Of a DNA stretch of 64,000 bases, positions 11,901 to 23,756 are shown one piece after another. Under the pieces are notes generated by a model. The model ran no database searches. It was not told the origin of the DNA and worked only from the letters and a program-made list of their open reading frames with translations. This stretch comes from Owenia fusiformis (Eukaryota), in the NCBI GenBank assembly GCA_903813345.2, contig CAIIXF020000001.1, positions 34,348,001 to 34,412,000 on the forward strand, read 5' to 3'. The translations under genes were made by a program, and so were the position numbers. Every line of letters begins with the position of its first letter. Position 1 is the stretch's first letter.

Positions 11901-13366
11901 CCTACAGCAGCAATTTCTTCAGATGTTACATCCTGTCTAAGCACTGGTTTAGTTATCCTTGTTTTTGGGTTAACTACTGCAATAATGCCCATTCCATGGA
12001 AGGTGTTTTTCCCATCAATAGTTCTTATATTGTGATCAGCATTGTCAGCAACATGTTGGACGACAGTGTTAGGAGTGGTATTTGGGATATCTGTTTTCTG
12101 CATGACAGCAGCACTCCTTTCAAACTTGGTAACTTCAGAATATGAACAACAGAACCCATGCTGGTAGAGAGAGTCTATAAGAAATCTAGATTGAAAGTGA
12201 TGGTGCAACTGGACACCAAGGCCAACTTGTAAAGGGGCTAAGATGCCATTCGGACGTGTAGCCTGCATCATCGCTTGTCCTATTGAGGCAACCTTTTTAC
12301 GTGTGTCTTTACCTACAAACAGTGTACTGAGAAATATATGCAAATCTTCTGGTAGAAAGCCCAGTGCCTTATCAACTGATGATATATCAGAGTACACTGG
12401 ATAAGCATTAGCTGACTGTTCTTTATTTTGTATGCTAGATTTTAATAATTTGGCAGCAGTCTCTATAATGTTTTTGGTCTCATCTTTCTTTTCCCCTTGT
12501 CTTTGGTGAAACTCGCGTAATATTTTTGATGCTTTGTTACAAAATGTTACAACAGTTTGTGTCCCTTGTTCATCAGTCATGATTATCTTATCCCCAAAAT
12601 GATCTTTTAATTTGCTTTTCATATGGGAGAAACTGTAGTGGGTAGTTTCATCATTGCTGTGTTCTTTCATTTTGTCAATAAGATCAGACAGAGTATGTTG
12701 TGCATGATCATTTTGTTCAAGGTAGTTAGCAACTTCAAGGAAAGCTTCTTCCTGGAGAACATTTCGTGGTCGTCCACTCAATCGTTGACACTTGGCAGGA
12801 TTTCCTGCATCATTAACTGATTGGAATTGCTTTGGAATACTTCTTTTTGTCCTGAAGTTAACACTACACAGTTGATGATAAACAGCATTGGCAGATGGTA
12901 AATCATTGACAAACTGTATTCTACATTTTACTGAGTTTGTCCATTCATTTTGGACATCATCACAAACTCTGAGTATAGCTGTTTCAAAATCTAATGTGCG
13001 TATATGGATGAGTTTGTACTCAACTTTACGCCCTTCATAGGGATCGGAAGTTCCACAGAATATACAGTGGTTAGCATAATCAAAGGATGATTTTGACCTA
13101 AGAGTAGTTTTAGGTTCTTTGGATTTGGATTGAGATGCATCATAAAGTTTCCTTTTATCAGCCCTTATGGTATTGGTGTTAACATAGATACGTCGGCACT
13201 GGATATGCACATTCTGTCCAATAGCTATTAGGAGGTCACTTTCCCGTGCTTGGCTTGCTCTGAGTATACCCTTTAGACCCCTTTCCCGAATAGTAACAAT
13301 TGGTTTTCCATTTGTCAAGGGCTCTTTGCAAAAAATGCATGTATTTGGTTCAATAAAGTCTGTCAT
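8918..13366 (-). CDS. AcademX transposase: 2 N-terminal C2-HxxC zinc fingers, DDE core, XPG/FEN1-like nuclease, C-terminal CXC
   Basis: Uninterrupted 1482-aa ORF. N-terminus: CIFC..HIQC and CIFC..HQLC. Putative DDE core: ADNAD / FDQPLW / LGGFH / DLVIEQ. PIN/XPG motifs: DGGALLH, VFDG, ESDADT, GDDTDLLVLL, and H3TH-like GCDTSSRLYGIGKK. C-terminus: CGCKAGCTSMRCTCRKNGMECSMACKECKGICAN. Confidence 0.9.
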   Translation of the reverse strand: MTDFIEPNTCIFCKEPLTNGKPIVTIRERGLKGILRASQARESDLLIAIGQNVHIQCRRIYVNTNTIRADKRKLYDASQSKSKEPKTTLRSKSSFDYANHCIFCGTSDPYEGRKVEYKLIHIRTLDFETAILRVCDDVQNEWTNSVKCRIQFVNDLPSANAVYHQLCSVNFRTKRSIPKQFQSVNDAGNPAKCQRLSGRPRNVLQEEAFLEVANYLEQNDHAQHTLSDLIDKMKEHSNDETTHYSFSHMKSKLKDHFGDKIIMTDEQGTQTVVTFCNKASKILREFHQRQGEKKDETKNIIETAAKLLKSSIQNKEQSANAYPVYSDISSVDKALGFLPEDLHIFLSTLFVGKDTRKKVASIGQAMMQATRPNGILAPLQVGLGVQLHHHFQSRFLIDSLYQHGFCCSYSEVTKFERSAAVMQKTDIPNTTPNTVVQHVADNADHNIRTIDGKNTFHGMGIIAVVNPKTRITKPVLRQDVTSEEIAAVGRIHTQFYTSGGERFGSICYENLSRPQVNEPLICVDLLWKSSLLFQSHSPLWSGLMQMVCKGDHPGEASVMFLPMIDMDPSNMSCIYSTLSFVTFHARKYNCTPVITFDQPLWWKANMIVENEPDDSELRSMIVRLGGFHTEMSYLGCIGHIMEGSGLDSVLSLVYAENAVGHMLSGKSVARAVRGHLLVDNALNALLAARVYDVDIEHVLPDVNSDIHDNDDVNEQGPFSHSSIQNVTSQDDIKLMSDMLDKVLRGDVNVDDPHLEHISNSFGEKLTEEKKSIQDLKTSRLWLQYMEMIDLFRKFIKGERLGNWTLHLQCLYDMLPYFAASGHNLYFKSVYLYLQKMTKLEKINPEVYRHFMNGLHVIRRTDRSWAGLSADLVIEQCLMRSLKATGGLTRGKGMTETQRLVWVLSSPACGEVNSAMQDFTNTAFATSDQHKDVASTRLAKDRNDSEAILKYLSDRNPFASEPSLRNIATGVSAPASVNAYDAKEVGTSILSSIIGKQVTQISFKRKDQVVTMGAKSAVKVNNEEISVDPQLLFQRLVTAGTRSEELSDVFSFELCSYPPALFESKWVMRPAVKAQLADALWTPDLAALPGPAGSNVQYILDGGALLHRIPWRKGSTWENILSQYIYYVQLRYGKAKVVFDGYDSGPNTKDSTHVRRNGGNSGTVIQFINTMTLQTKKEEFLLNSVNKQNFIHMLSARLENIECEVLHAESDADTLIVKTAIQSASTSNTVLIGDDTDLLVLLIYHAQNTNFNIFFKPEPKTATQETKCWNINETRLSLGEVVCDNILFIHAFLGCDTSSRLYGIGKKLSLRQIKKSEFFRKQAVVFKLPDASNSVIAEAGEHALVSIYGGKNGETLNELRLQKFYEKTAARSELLQPQVLPPTSDAAKYHSYRVYHQIQEWKGNKLPPLQWGWERSDGAFVPIATTLPAAPVSLLEIIRCGCKAGCTSMRCTCRKNGMECSMACKECKGICANTSMTDHENDE

Positions 13367-14419
13367 ATTTCTGTGTTTATTTATTAAATTGTTACCATCA
13401 AGGGGTATAAAAAATAAGGTTTGTGTATGATTGCTCTATTATTTGATGGGGAAATCTGAAAAGCACGACCAAATTGCGCATTCACTTACCGTCACTTATC
13501 CTAATATTTATATGACGAATCCACTCACTTGTGGGGAGAATTAGAAGCTAAAAAGAAGACCCTAAATGTTTCACTATTGTATCCACTCAACTGTGCCTAT
13601 TTTACAATGGCCAATTGTGATTCACCTATGACATTTAAGGAAGGTAATGTGGGGGGGGGGGGAGAAAAAATGGGTAGACTGCGGTAGCACCTTTGTATTC
13701 ACTCACCTGTACCTTTTTTACAATAATCACAAAGTCTTACTTGCTATTCACCAATGCACCTCTTCACAATTATCGTCTGATTCTGCAATTCAGCCGATCA
13801 AGCGGTTACTCTCCGACATCGCACGTTTTTGAACCAGTGTAATTAGACATGAATATCAAGTGTAATAATGCTGTCTTGATTCTTGAAAACACAAGAATTC
13901 CCTGTAGAATTAAACAGTGCTCCGGTAACAATTAAGTTTCATCCAGTCCAGGAAGCATCTATTGTTAGCAGAGGTCGGTGCAGGATTTTTGACAGATTAT
14001 TTCGATTAATGTAAGTTATAGGTGTGCCTTCACTGAAATTATATCAATTAATGACTTTCCAGATATCTGAGATTTTAGTGTGTTCTATCAGTCTATAATA
14101 CCTTTAAATGTACATAAAATCGTTTCTACAACATTATACATTCAATTGATAGTTCCATGGTAATGTACTCAGTTATCTGATGAATTTAAATATATGCGGA
14201 TTTTGTAATTGCGGATTGTAATTAAGAATTTAAATAAATCAAATTTTGTTTTAATATTAAATTCCACAGAAACAACATTATTAAGTTAAACCTAGTATAG
14301 AGAAGTTACCCACTACCCTTATATCTGAGTGGTGATACCTAATTATTCATAAAATAAAAGTGAGATCACCCTAACCTTTCACCAGTTGCTAGAAATAATT
14401 CTATTTTTAGTACTAATAA

Positions 14420-15075
14420 GGTATAAACCTTCAAAACTTGTATTTTAGATGATGACAAGCCTATATAAATGATTAAGATGTCAACTCCAATACAAATGTG
14501 ATGCAACCTGGGAGTCACTCAACAAAAGGATAGTCACCCCTAAAGTGGGCGGGCCAAAACTATGAAAATGAATTTTTTTTTTCTTCCTCAGTAAAGATGT
14601 CAGAGTTCTGATACTCACCAAATATAAAGTTCATATAAATATGTAACGCATTGAATTTTTTCACGTTTTTCTGACAAACCGATACTAAAATATCTAAAGA
14701 GATATGTGATAACATGCCTGTTTTATGGCCTATTTTGTTATACTTTGGGGTGAAATGACCAATTACTGGTCTCAAAAATGATCATAACAATATTTTAATT
14801 ACTTGTGAGTCTGTGATCTATCATAATATAACTTGTATACTTGACCAAAGCATTCCATTTTGAAATAAAAAATTGTTTCCTACCAATACTCAATTTTTGG
14901 GAGGGGTTGTAGGGGGTACCTAGAAAGTGAAATTTCATATTTGTCCACTGCATATATTTTTCTATACTTTTGATATGTTTTTCAACTGATATCAATACAG
15001 AATATAAGACTAATTTAAAAACTGTTGCAATTTTTGGGATGTTTAGGCCTTTTATGAGCCCATTTGCTTGGCCTA
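14420..15075 (-). repeat. Right TIR of AcademX (long-spacer end, upstream of the ORF)
   Basis: Inverted match to 7654-8300. Confidence 0.85.
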
Positions 15076-16450
15076 TAACATGGTTTTGTAACTTTAACTT
15101 ACATATACAAAAATATCAACAATTAATGGGTTTATGCGCAATTTTTTTGTTCTTACTAATAGTTTACTCTCTTTCGATTGTGGTTATAGCGAATTTACTT
15201 GCTTAGTGCGTTAGGAATATAAAAGAATATTGTTTTAATTAGCGAGGTATCAATACAATACCATTTTGCTGGGCTTTGTCCACACATTTCATCAGAGCTT
15301 CAAAAAATTGTCCACACTCATACCAGGGGGTGCATACGCCCATTGGGCCATGTAGTTCCTCCTAACAGATGGCATTTGGGGCTAATATCAGAACTTTGAA
15401 CCATTTGGGTTAAACTGTTTCTTGTTCAGGTGACCTCCAAGTCCCCCACCAAAAGTGCAACCAAGTGTCCCCTAAAATTCTATTCTACACTTCTGCATAG
15501 TCCCTATGGGCCATGTTGTTCCTTGCAGAGGCTACTTGGGGTCAAAGGCTCATCTTGGAACTCTGTGGGTTATATCATTTCTTTTCTTGACCAATGACCA
15601 GGTGAGGTTCCCTTCCTTAATCTACATGTATGATTGAGCAAATGTACTAGTAAATCTCTAGTTTTGGTTCTGAGGCCCCTTGTAGCCACTGGATAGCTTT
15701 AAGATGGTACTGAGCAGCCCTGACTAAGAGTGAATTCTATTCTGATTGAATTGCTAGACTTATATCTACATTATTTTTCGTATTATGAGGGCTAAATGAA
15801 AGGATTATCTCTTACTCAAAGAGTAAAGATGAAGCCTGAATAAATTCATAAGAAGTCATTAATTGTCCGTAATTGTTGGCATGTTCACTGTGTATTAAAG
15901 TTTATGGATTGATTTTTGTGATGTAGCTTTGTTATAGTCACTTTAAAAGTTAGTCATAAGCTAAAATAGATAATCAAAATTGAATCATATGTACACAGTC
16001 CACAGCTACTAAAAGGAACCCCTATTAAACAACATTGTTATTGGATACTAATATACCCTATGGATGACTTGATCAAATTGATTTGTCTTAATTTCAAGAA
16101 ACTACCATGTATTTTGCCATTGCCAAAAATCAAAAATAGAGATTGTAGACAAAATTGTTTTTGAGATAAGTACCAAAATAATTTATTTTCTAGAGGCGTA
16201 AACTCAAATATGACAAAAACAACTCATCAACATCGTGACCAAACATCCTATGCAGCCCAGCTCTTAAATAGGTGCAATTAAAAAAAATAATAATAAGACT
16301 AACATATAAACTTAGCCCAAAAATCATTTGCCCAAAAATGGGAGAGTATTTGTGCCTGAAATAGAATTAAATCTACATCAATTAAACTGCAGGGATATTC
16401 AATTAGCAAGAATGATCTGGACCTGATACTATCAAATGTTCTCTGTGAAT

Positions 16451-16884
16451 TACTCAGATGCGAGTAGGTAGTTACCAGTTTCGCTACCAGGTGGCTGATT
16501 CGGGGGAATTAACATGGCAGGGTATTCCAAAATTCCCTTAAACTTGAATATGCATCAGTTTTAGTGGTTCACTTTTCATATTACCCTTATGTATCTGAAA
16601 GTTATACAAATTAAAATATGTCCAGTGAAAGAAAATATTATCTGCCCAACACAAGAAAATATATGTCACTTTTTGTGGTTTTACAACATGGGGTCTATGG
16701 GGAATCTCCCCGACCTAGAAGTCACATTTTCAAAGAAAATTAAATTTTCAAAGTTGATAAACTCTTTTCAAAACCACATTTCTAAATGTAATTTTACATG
16801 TATATTCCAAATATGACATCAGTTTGACTGAATTGTGAATTTTTAATGACGTAAATCAAGATTATTTCTACTCGCATCTGGGAT
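16451..16884 (-). mobile_element. MITE family F, copy 2
   Basis: Reverse-complement match to 548-981, same 434-bp length, AT on both flanks. Confidence 0.75.
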
Positions 16885-17989
16885 ATTGTATAAGTAAGTA
16901 AAGTATTTTAAGTATATGTAGAAATACATCAATTAATCTCTATCTAACCTGATTAGTCTGAAAGGAAATTTCTGTACGATATGGCATAACAATCACTACA
17001 AAATGACCATAGAAATTGCAATAAGATTTGCCATTAAGTGCAAGAATTACCGAACATGGTCACACCTACTAACCATGGTTTTTGTGGGGTAGGGCACTAA
17101 TGATTAACTTAGGTTAAAGAGATCATATTCTTTCAAAACCCCAATTATAGTATTGGATAGACCCTTATGACTTCCAATAAAAAAAATTGTGATAAGCTCC
17201 TACCATTTTTTTTATTTTAACCTTTGGCAACAAAATTTATATAAAATACAAAACAAGTTAAAATGAGTAAATTATTAATTAAAAATGAGATTTTTTTATA
17301 AAAGTTACAAGATGTCGTCCTAAATCTTTAGCATGTGATCAGCATGTACACAAGTATAATATCACATGACTATTATAACTATAATATGCATGTACTTCAA
17401 ATTATAAGGTGATTTTTGGAAAATTAACATAACAAAATTTGAGAAAACGTCATATATTACTTATCTATTTTTTTTACTTCATAGAAATATTTTAGAAATA
17501 TAACTCCCCATGCATAATATGTCCCATACCTCCCCTTATAATATTCATAGTAAGTAAAAAATATAAGACCCTTACTAAAGCTAAAATAAGTTATTCTTTG
17601 TGGTAAGGGTGAAAAAATAGGTGGCGCCACTATAGCAAACTTCAAATTTTGACTGAATTCCTGGCCCGATCCACCTCAAATAATTTTTGCTCATTCCCTT
17701 TTATGTTTGCCATAAGATATTCTTGGTATTTTGCTTACATTTTTTTTCATTTACCTACATTAAAAAACATTTTATACCTCTACCCCTACGTTTGAAAATG
17801 AATAGATGGCGTCACTTTAACTGCCCATAGCAGAGAGAGTGTCTGGAACAAAATGACACCCTCAAACCTTTTTTACTAGCCGATCACCGAAATCGGAGCT
17901 GGGGGCAGCATTATATCATGTATGCGAGTTTGGAGAAAATCTGATAAGTGGTTTTCCTAAAAAAATAGTGATGACAAAATTTATCAAAA

Positions 17990-19400
17990 AACAAGAACAC
18001 AAACGTGTACAACCAATGGGTGATCCTATATACTGCACATGTTTTATCCAAAAATACCAAACCAAATGCTAAAATCCTTGTCTGCAAACTTTAAGAAAAA
18101 CGGCTTCACAGTTGCTTTTAAAACTTTAACATCTTGTTCAGCTTCATTCTAGATCTGATTAGGTTTTGAACCTGTTAGCTCAGTCATGGCTCAGAAAAGT
18201 TGGCGCGCGATAATACTTTGCATCATATTGAATGGTGTTTTTGAGTTTTCATACTTTAACTATTTAGTAGCTTTATGAATAATTTCAGATGTACTTTCTA
18301 GTGTTGTCGCGATTAATCGATACATCGCGATATACATCGCCAAAGCTGATTCTGGCGATGCATCGATGTCTGAATCAAAACATCGATGTTTTTAAAAAAA
18401 ATTAATTTGCTAAAAATCACCCTTTCTTATCTTATTTTGACGCAAATCGCTTACCTTTCTCATGTCTTATTTCATTTTCCAATGTTTTCTGATATTCTTT
18501 CGCTTTAAAACTGTTTTAGCTAGTCGAAATGAACCATTTATCTAAAAAAATTACTTTACTTTCATTTCACCCTTACTAGAAGTTCCCGGATGTACCAGAT
18601 GTTCGGTATTTTAGTGCATTATCGTTCGGTATTTCAGTGCACTTTTCTCGGACTTTTTCGCGATGTACATCGCGATGAGCATCAATGTTTACTATTGAAA
18701 ATTGCCGATGCATCGATGTACGATTATGGCACATCGCGACAACACTAGTACTTTCTTGTAAAAGCCTATGTTATTGTTTACAGTAGTTATATGTGATAAT
18801 TTTGTAAAAAGAAATCAGAAAAAACTCATTTTCACTTTTTTATTGTCAGCCATTTTGGATTTTTCCATCCTAAAATCTTGTCTGTGAAGTCTTGTCTGCA
18901 TGTTTTCAGGTGAACCGTTTGGTGGATCAATTTCAAATTTTCAGGGATGATTCTTAGTATAAAAATCTAGATCTGATAATTTTTTTGACATTCTGGGTAA
19001 ATGCCAAAGCAGCCACTTTGGATTTTCCGTCCTAAAATCTTGTCTCTAAAGTCTTGTCTACGCGTTTTCAGGTGAACCGCTTGGTAGATCAATTTCAAAT
19101 TTTCAGGGATGATTCTTAGTATGAAAATCTAGATTTTTGGCATTCTGGATAAATGTCAAGGCAGCCATTTTGGATTTCTCGTCTTAAAATCTTGCCTGTA
19201 AAGTCTTGTATATGCGTTTTTAGGTGAACCGCATGGTAGATCAATTTCAAATTTTCAGGGACGATTCTTTGTATGAAAATTTACATCTGATTAGTTTTTT
19301 TGCATTCTGTGTAAATGTCAAGACAGCCATTTTGGATTTTCTGTCCTAAAATGGTGAACCGTTCAGTAGATCAATTTCATATTTTCAGGGATGATTCTTA
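17990..19400. mobile_element. Helentron-type (HINE) family C, rearranged copy with ~162-bp tandem repeats
   Basis: 17990-18030 matches the AACAAGAACACAAA end of the copies at 42426 and 61017. 18063-19400 is their body in the opposite orientation. Confidence 0.75.
18299..18747. mobile_element. hAT MITE (8-bp TSD)
   Basis: TIR TAGTGTTGTCGCGAT. TSD GTACTTTC (18291-18298, 18748-18755). Empty site visible in other family C copies. Subterminal CATCG motifs. Confidence 0.9.
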
Positions 19401-19926
19401 GCAAAGTGGGTTCCAAAGTTCCTAACCGTGAAGCAAAAGGAAGCGCGTCTTGCAGCATCTAGGCAATTTCTGGATACGTTTTGGCATCATTTCCAAATGC
19501 TTTTTTGAACCATGCACTGTATCAGATTTCTATGCTTCCATTTCATCAATTTGGTTGGTGTGGAAACATCTGCATTTTGAATTTCAAAAATTCCTCACTT
19601 TTCCATCTCAATTTTTCAACTTGGTTTTGGACAGTATACATCACAAAGGAACTTATCATGTCACTTGTCTATTGTGATGTCATAGAGACAATTAGAAAAT
19701 TGAAGAATTTGAAGAAAAATAGCCACACAAAGACACTTACACCTGCTAATTGCCACTTTACAAATAGTTTATTCAAGCCTGAAAACTATTTGAAAAAACG
19801 TAATTTCGGGTTGAACTAACATATAATGTATAAATATATGACACATATGTGGACCAAGTTTCATTGCAAAAGTCCTATTTTCCTTGAAGTTATGGTATCA
19901 ACTGCAAAACTTTTTGAACCACCCAA
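19401..19926 (+). pseudogene. Decayed mariner transposase fragment with right TIR
   Basis: AKWVPKFLTVKQKEARLAASRQFL (mariner WVPxxLT motif) at 19401-19475. Ends TTTTGAACCACCCAAG-TA. Confidence 0.65.
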
Positions 19927-20587
19927 GTATATATATTTCGAATTATATTGTTACCATTCAAAAGATGACCATCAAAGATGATGTGTTAAATTTTTAGATT
20001 TTTCTAATGACTGGTTTAAGAGAAACGTGTGTTCAAAAAGATCTCCATATCGATACCACTCCTTTGACTGCCATGAATGCAGACTAATAGTGGTGTTCAT
20101 TCAAGTAGTGTCACGGTTGGATGATTTTTGGCCCAAGTGATATTTTTCTAAAAGTATGAAGTATTTCAAGACTGTTCATGCAGTTTATGAATGATCTGTT
20201 GGCAAATAAGCTTTTATAGGTACTTTGCTAACCTTGGGGTGGTTTGAATTATGGTCCTTTGCTTTTCTTGAGAATTCAACATTTTTATTTTTAAACTAGA
20301 CAACAGCAACGCCAAAGCGTAGCAAATCCCATCAAACAGCCATGGCTGGTATTTTTACAAACAAAGTATATAGCAAAAATGGCAGCCATTTTTCAAAATG
20401 GCCACTTTCTACCAAAAGTGTCATTAGACAGTGTGCCATGCTTATAGTATTCACATACCAAATATGAACAAAATCACTCCACTACTTTTCCATTTATAGT
20501 AAAATGGCCAAAATGGTCAAAATGGACGCCTTCTACCAAAAATGTTATTAGACAATGTGCCATGCTTATTGTATTGTATTTTGTTTA

Positions 20588-23500
20588 TAAAACCACCCCC
20601 TAGCCATTATTTCTGATAAATATTTATTTTTTTAACATGTACACCAACAATGATATATCATTTTAAAGATAATTTAATTTGCAACAAATTGATATATAAT
20701 AGCACCATTTTCAATAACCCTATATAGAAATATAATCAATTATGTGACATGGGGGTCAAAAAACACCTTTTCAATTTTCATCGATTTTGCGAACAATTGC
20801 CTATTTCTACCAAATTTTACTGTTCAGTTAAACATTGCAACATTGTCATGAGTCTTTCATAATTGGATATTATATATTTTTTTCATTTAGTTTTTGAACC
20901 ATGCATGCTCAATAAACATGTGTATGCTTATAAAACAAATTCATTACTTCTTCAGTCCATCCAAATATGGCTCAATAGACCCATCCCCCGACCCATCCTC
21001 TGATCGGATTATTTGCTTAAGACGCGGAAACCATTGGTTGATGGCATAATTGATGGATGTATGCAGAAGTATCATTCAGCTGCTAGTTATTCTTTCTTTT
21101 AGTTCCTCTACATCCCTGATAGGCTGGGTATCTTTAAATACCAACTGTTCTAGATGCCCCTAGGTATGGTAATCAACATTATTGGCATCTGGACTGCCAG
21201 TAAGCCATTTGTCCGGGCTAGAGATGGTGTCATTTCAAATCTCCCAAAACTCCAGGGTAGCATTAGACCTGTGTGATGAAGCACTTTTCTATCAGAAAAT
21301 GAAATTTCTTTCACATGTTTTTTATATCCTTGAGGAGTCCTTTTTTAACACCTCATGTCATTAACATTCAGAGTATATTTTTGCTCCTGGTTCAACAAAA
21401 GCAGGGCCTGTACAGTCTTTACTTTTTGGGAAACACCGAATTGACACCACTACCCTTTCAGAAAAATGTCATCTTGATTTGAGTAGCCTTTTATCGCAAA
21501 TGTCCCTATTCTTGCTTACTAATATATAGAGTCTATCCTGTTGATTACATATTACATATGTACTTGCGGCATTAAGAACAGTTGGTCTATGAAGATCACT
21601 AGCCTATCAGGGATGTAGACACACTGAAAGAATGAATAATTACGAGTTTGATGGTACTTCCACAGAGATCCATCAATTATACCAATGGTTTTCGCGTCTT
21701 TAGCGAATAATTCGAACAGAAGGTGAGTCCAGGGGTGGGTCTATTGAGCCATATTTGGACAGACTGAAGAAGAAATTAATTTGTTTTATAAGCATACACA
21801 TGATAATTGAGCATGCATGGTTCAAAAACTAAATGAAAAAAAAATATAATATCCAATTATGAAAGACTCATTACATTGTTGCAATGTTTAACTGAACAGT
21901 AAAATTTGGTAGAAATAGGCTATTCGTTGTTCACAAAATCGATGAAAATTGAAAAGGTGTTTTTTGACCCCCATGTCACATAAATGGTTATATCTCGAGC
22001 CAGGTTTGTTGAAAATTGTTCTATTATATATCATTTTGTTGCAAATTAAATTATCTTTAAAATGATATATCCAGACTTGCCAACCTCCCGTTTTTTTACG
22101 GGAATCTCCCGTAAATTTTTTGTTTTTCCGTAAAAAATACCAAACTCCTGTACCGTTTTCTCCCGTAAAAACTCCCGTAAACTCCCGTACCGTATTTCTA
22201 CTAAAATCTCCCGTAATTTTTTTTAAAAATATGACCGTAAAATCTCCTGTATTTTTGCTGAAATTTCACGTAAAATCTCCCGTATTCTTGGTATAACTCC
22301 CGTAAAATCTCCCGTTTTCTGGTATAATTCCCGTAAAATCTCCCGTATTCTTGGTATAACTCCCGTCAAATCTCCGTTTTTTGCTGTCGAAATCTACCGT
22401 ATTTAAAATGAATTTGACAAATTTGTGAACTTGATTATTGCAGGCATGCTTCTTTCTTTTACTCCAAGAAGGATTGACTCCCATGGTTCACTATCGATAC
22501 TTTCATAAATAACTTAAAAGTACTTCATTCCCATGATTCAAATTGCTTTTCTGCGATCAGTTCGGTATAAGTTTGCACACCAAATGTCCACAAATGGGGG
22601 CCAGTTCATATTCTGTCATACTTCTGTCGCGAGAATACATTTTGTTTTTATATGGCGCTAAACAAAATATTCCCGCAATATAAGGCGCATTATTGGTAGG
22701 GACTGCTGTGAAATAATGAACATAAGTGACATCTATCTTAGATTATAAGTTCTAATTAATTTATTAACTGCATGCGTCATTATAATCATAAAGATTGCCC
22801 TTAGCATATAGTAAACGCCACATATACATTTTACTCCCGTTTTTTCAAAATCTAAGTAAAAACTCCCGTTTTTTCATAAATCTACCGTAAAACTCCTGTT
22901 TTTTCATAAATCTACCGTAAAAACTCACGTTTTTTTCAAAATCTACCGTAAAAACACCCGTTTTTTCAGAAACCTACCGTAAGAACTCCCGTTTTTTCCG
23001 AAATCTACTGTAAAAACTCCTGTTCTTTCAAAATCTACCGTAAAAACTCCCGTTTTTTTCAAAATCTAAAGTAAAAACTCCTGTTCTTTCAGAAATCTAC
23101 CGTAAAAACTCCCATTTTTTCAAAATCTAAAGTAAAAACTCCTGTTTTTTCAGAAATCTACCGTAAAAACTCCAGTTTTTTCAAAATCTACCGTAAAAAC
23201 TCCAGTTTTTTCAGAAATCTACCGTGAAAACTCCCATTTTTTCCGAAATCTACCGTAAAAACTCCTGTTTTTTTTAAAATCTACCGCAAATCTCCCGTTT
23301 TTCAAAATCTACCGTAAAAACTCCCGTTTTTTCAGAACCTATCGCAAAAATTCCAGTTTTTTCTGAAACCTTCCGTAAAAAAAGTCACGTTTTTAAAATT
23401 TATTGCGAAGGATACCTTTTTTAAAAAATCTCCCGTAAAAACTCCAGTTTTTTCAAAATATCCCGTAAAAACTCCCATTTTTTTCAAAATTTACCCCAAA

Positions 23501-23753
23501 AACTCCCGTTTTTTTAAATCTCCGGTAAAAACTACAGTTTTTTCAAAAAACTCCCGCTTTTTTTCAAAAACCTCCCGCAAAAACGACCGGAATTTGAAAA
23601 AAACTCCCGTAAAAGTACCGCAATTATTTTTAAATCTCCCGAAAATTTTTCATTTTAGGTTGGCAAGTCTGATATCATTGTTGGTGTACATTTTAGAAAA
23701 TGAATTTTTATCAGGAATATCGACTAGGGGGTGGTTTTTTTTGGCCCACCCTG
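20588..23753 (-). mobile_element. Tc1/mariner deletion derivative with long inverted arms
   Basis: Arms 20588-21130 vs 21600-22071 plus 23672-23753. Right end GGCCCACCCTG-TA; left tip missing. Minus-strand remnants FVEPGAKI, ASSHRSNATLEF and WLTGSPDANNVDY (cf. WPPNSPDLNP.DY) at ~21160-21470. Confidence 0.75.
22072..23671. mobile_element. hAT-like element with 5-bp TSD and expanded subterminal minisatellites
   Basis: TIR CAGACTTGCCAACCT. TSD ATATC (22067-22071, 23672-23676), confirmed against the opposite arm of the host. CTCCCGT/CTACCGT repeat blocks at 22085-22400 and 22830-23640 (~32-bp unit). Confidence 0.85.
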
Positions 23754-23756
23754 TAT

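Larger units (their letters stand above)
7654..15075 (-). mobile_element. Complete autonomous AcademX DNA transposon
   Basis: Termini TAGGC..GCCTA, 3-bp TSD TAA (7651-7653, 15076-15078), long imperfect TIRs, and a single ~1500-aa ORF with the Academ architecture. Confidence 0.92.

Noticed and set aside
8943..12820. Short ORFs overlapping the Academ ORF (e.g. 10374-10829)
   Set aside because: Antisense or alternate-frame shadows of a long coding sequence, with no motifs.
13367..13860. Upstream coding exons for the Academ transposase
   Set aside because: Minus-strand splice-like sites exist (~13458, 13490, 13708) but no convincing open frame. At most 5' UTR splicing.
22830..23640. ~32-bp repeats as a CRISPR array
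   Set aside because: Contiguous degenerate tandem units with no unique spacers, no cas genes, and located inside a TSD-flanked eukaryotic element.
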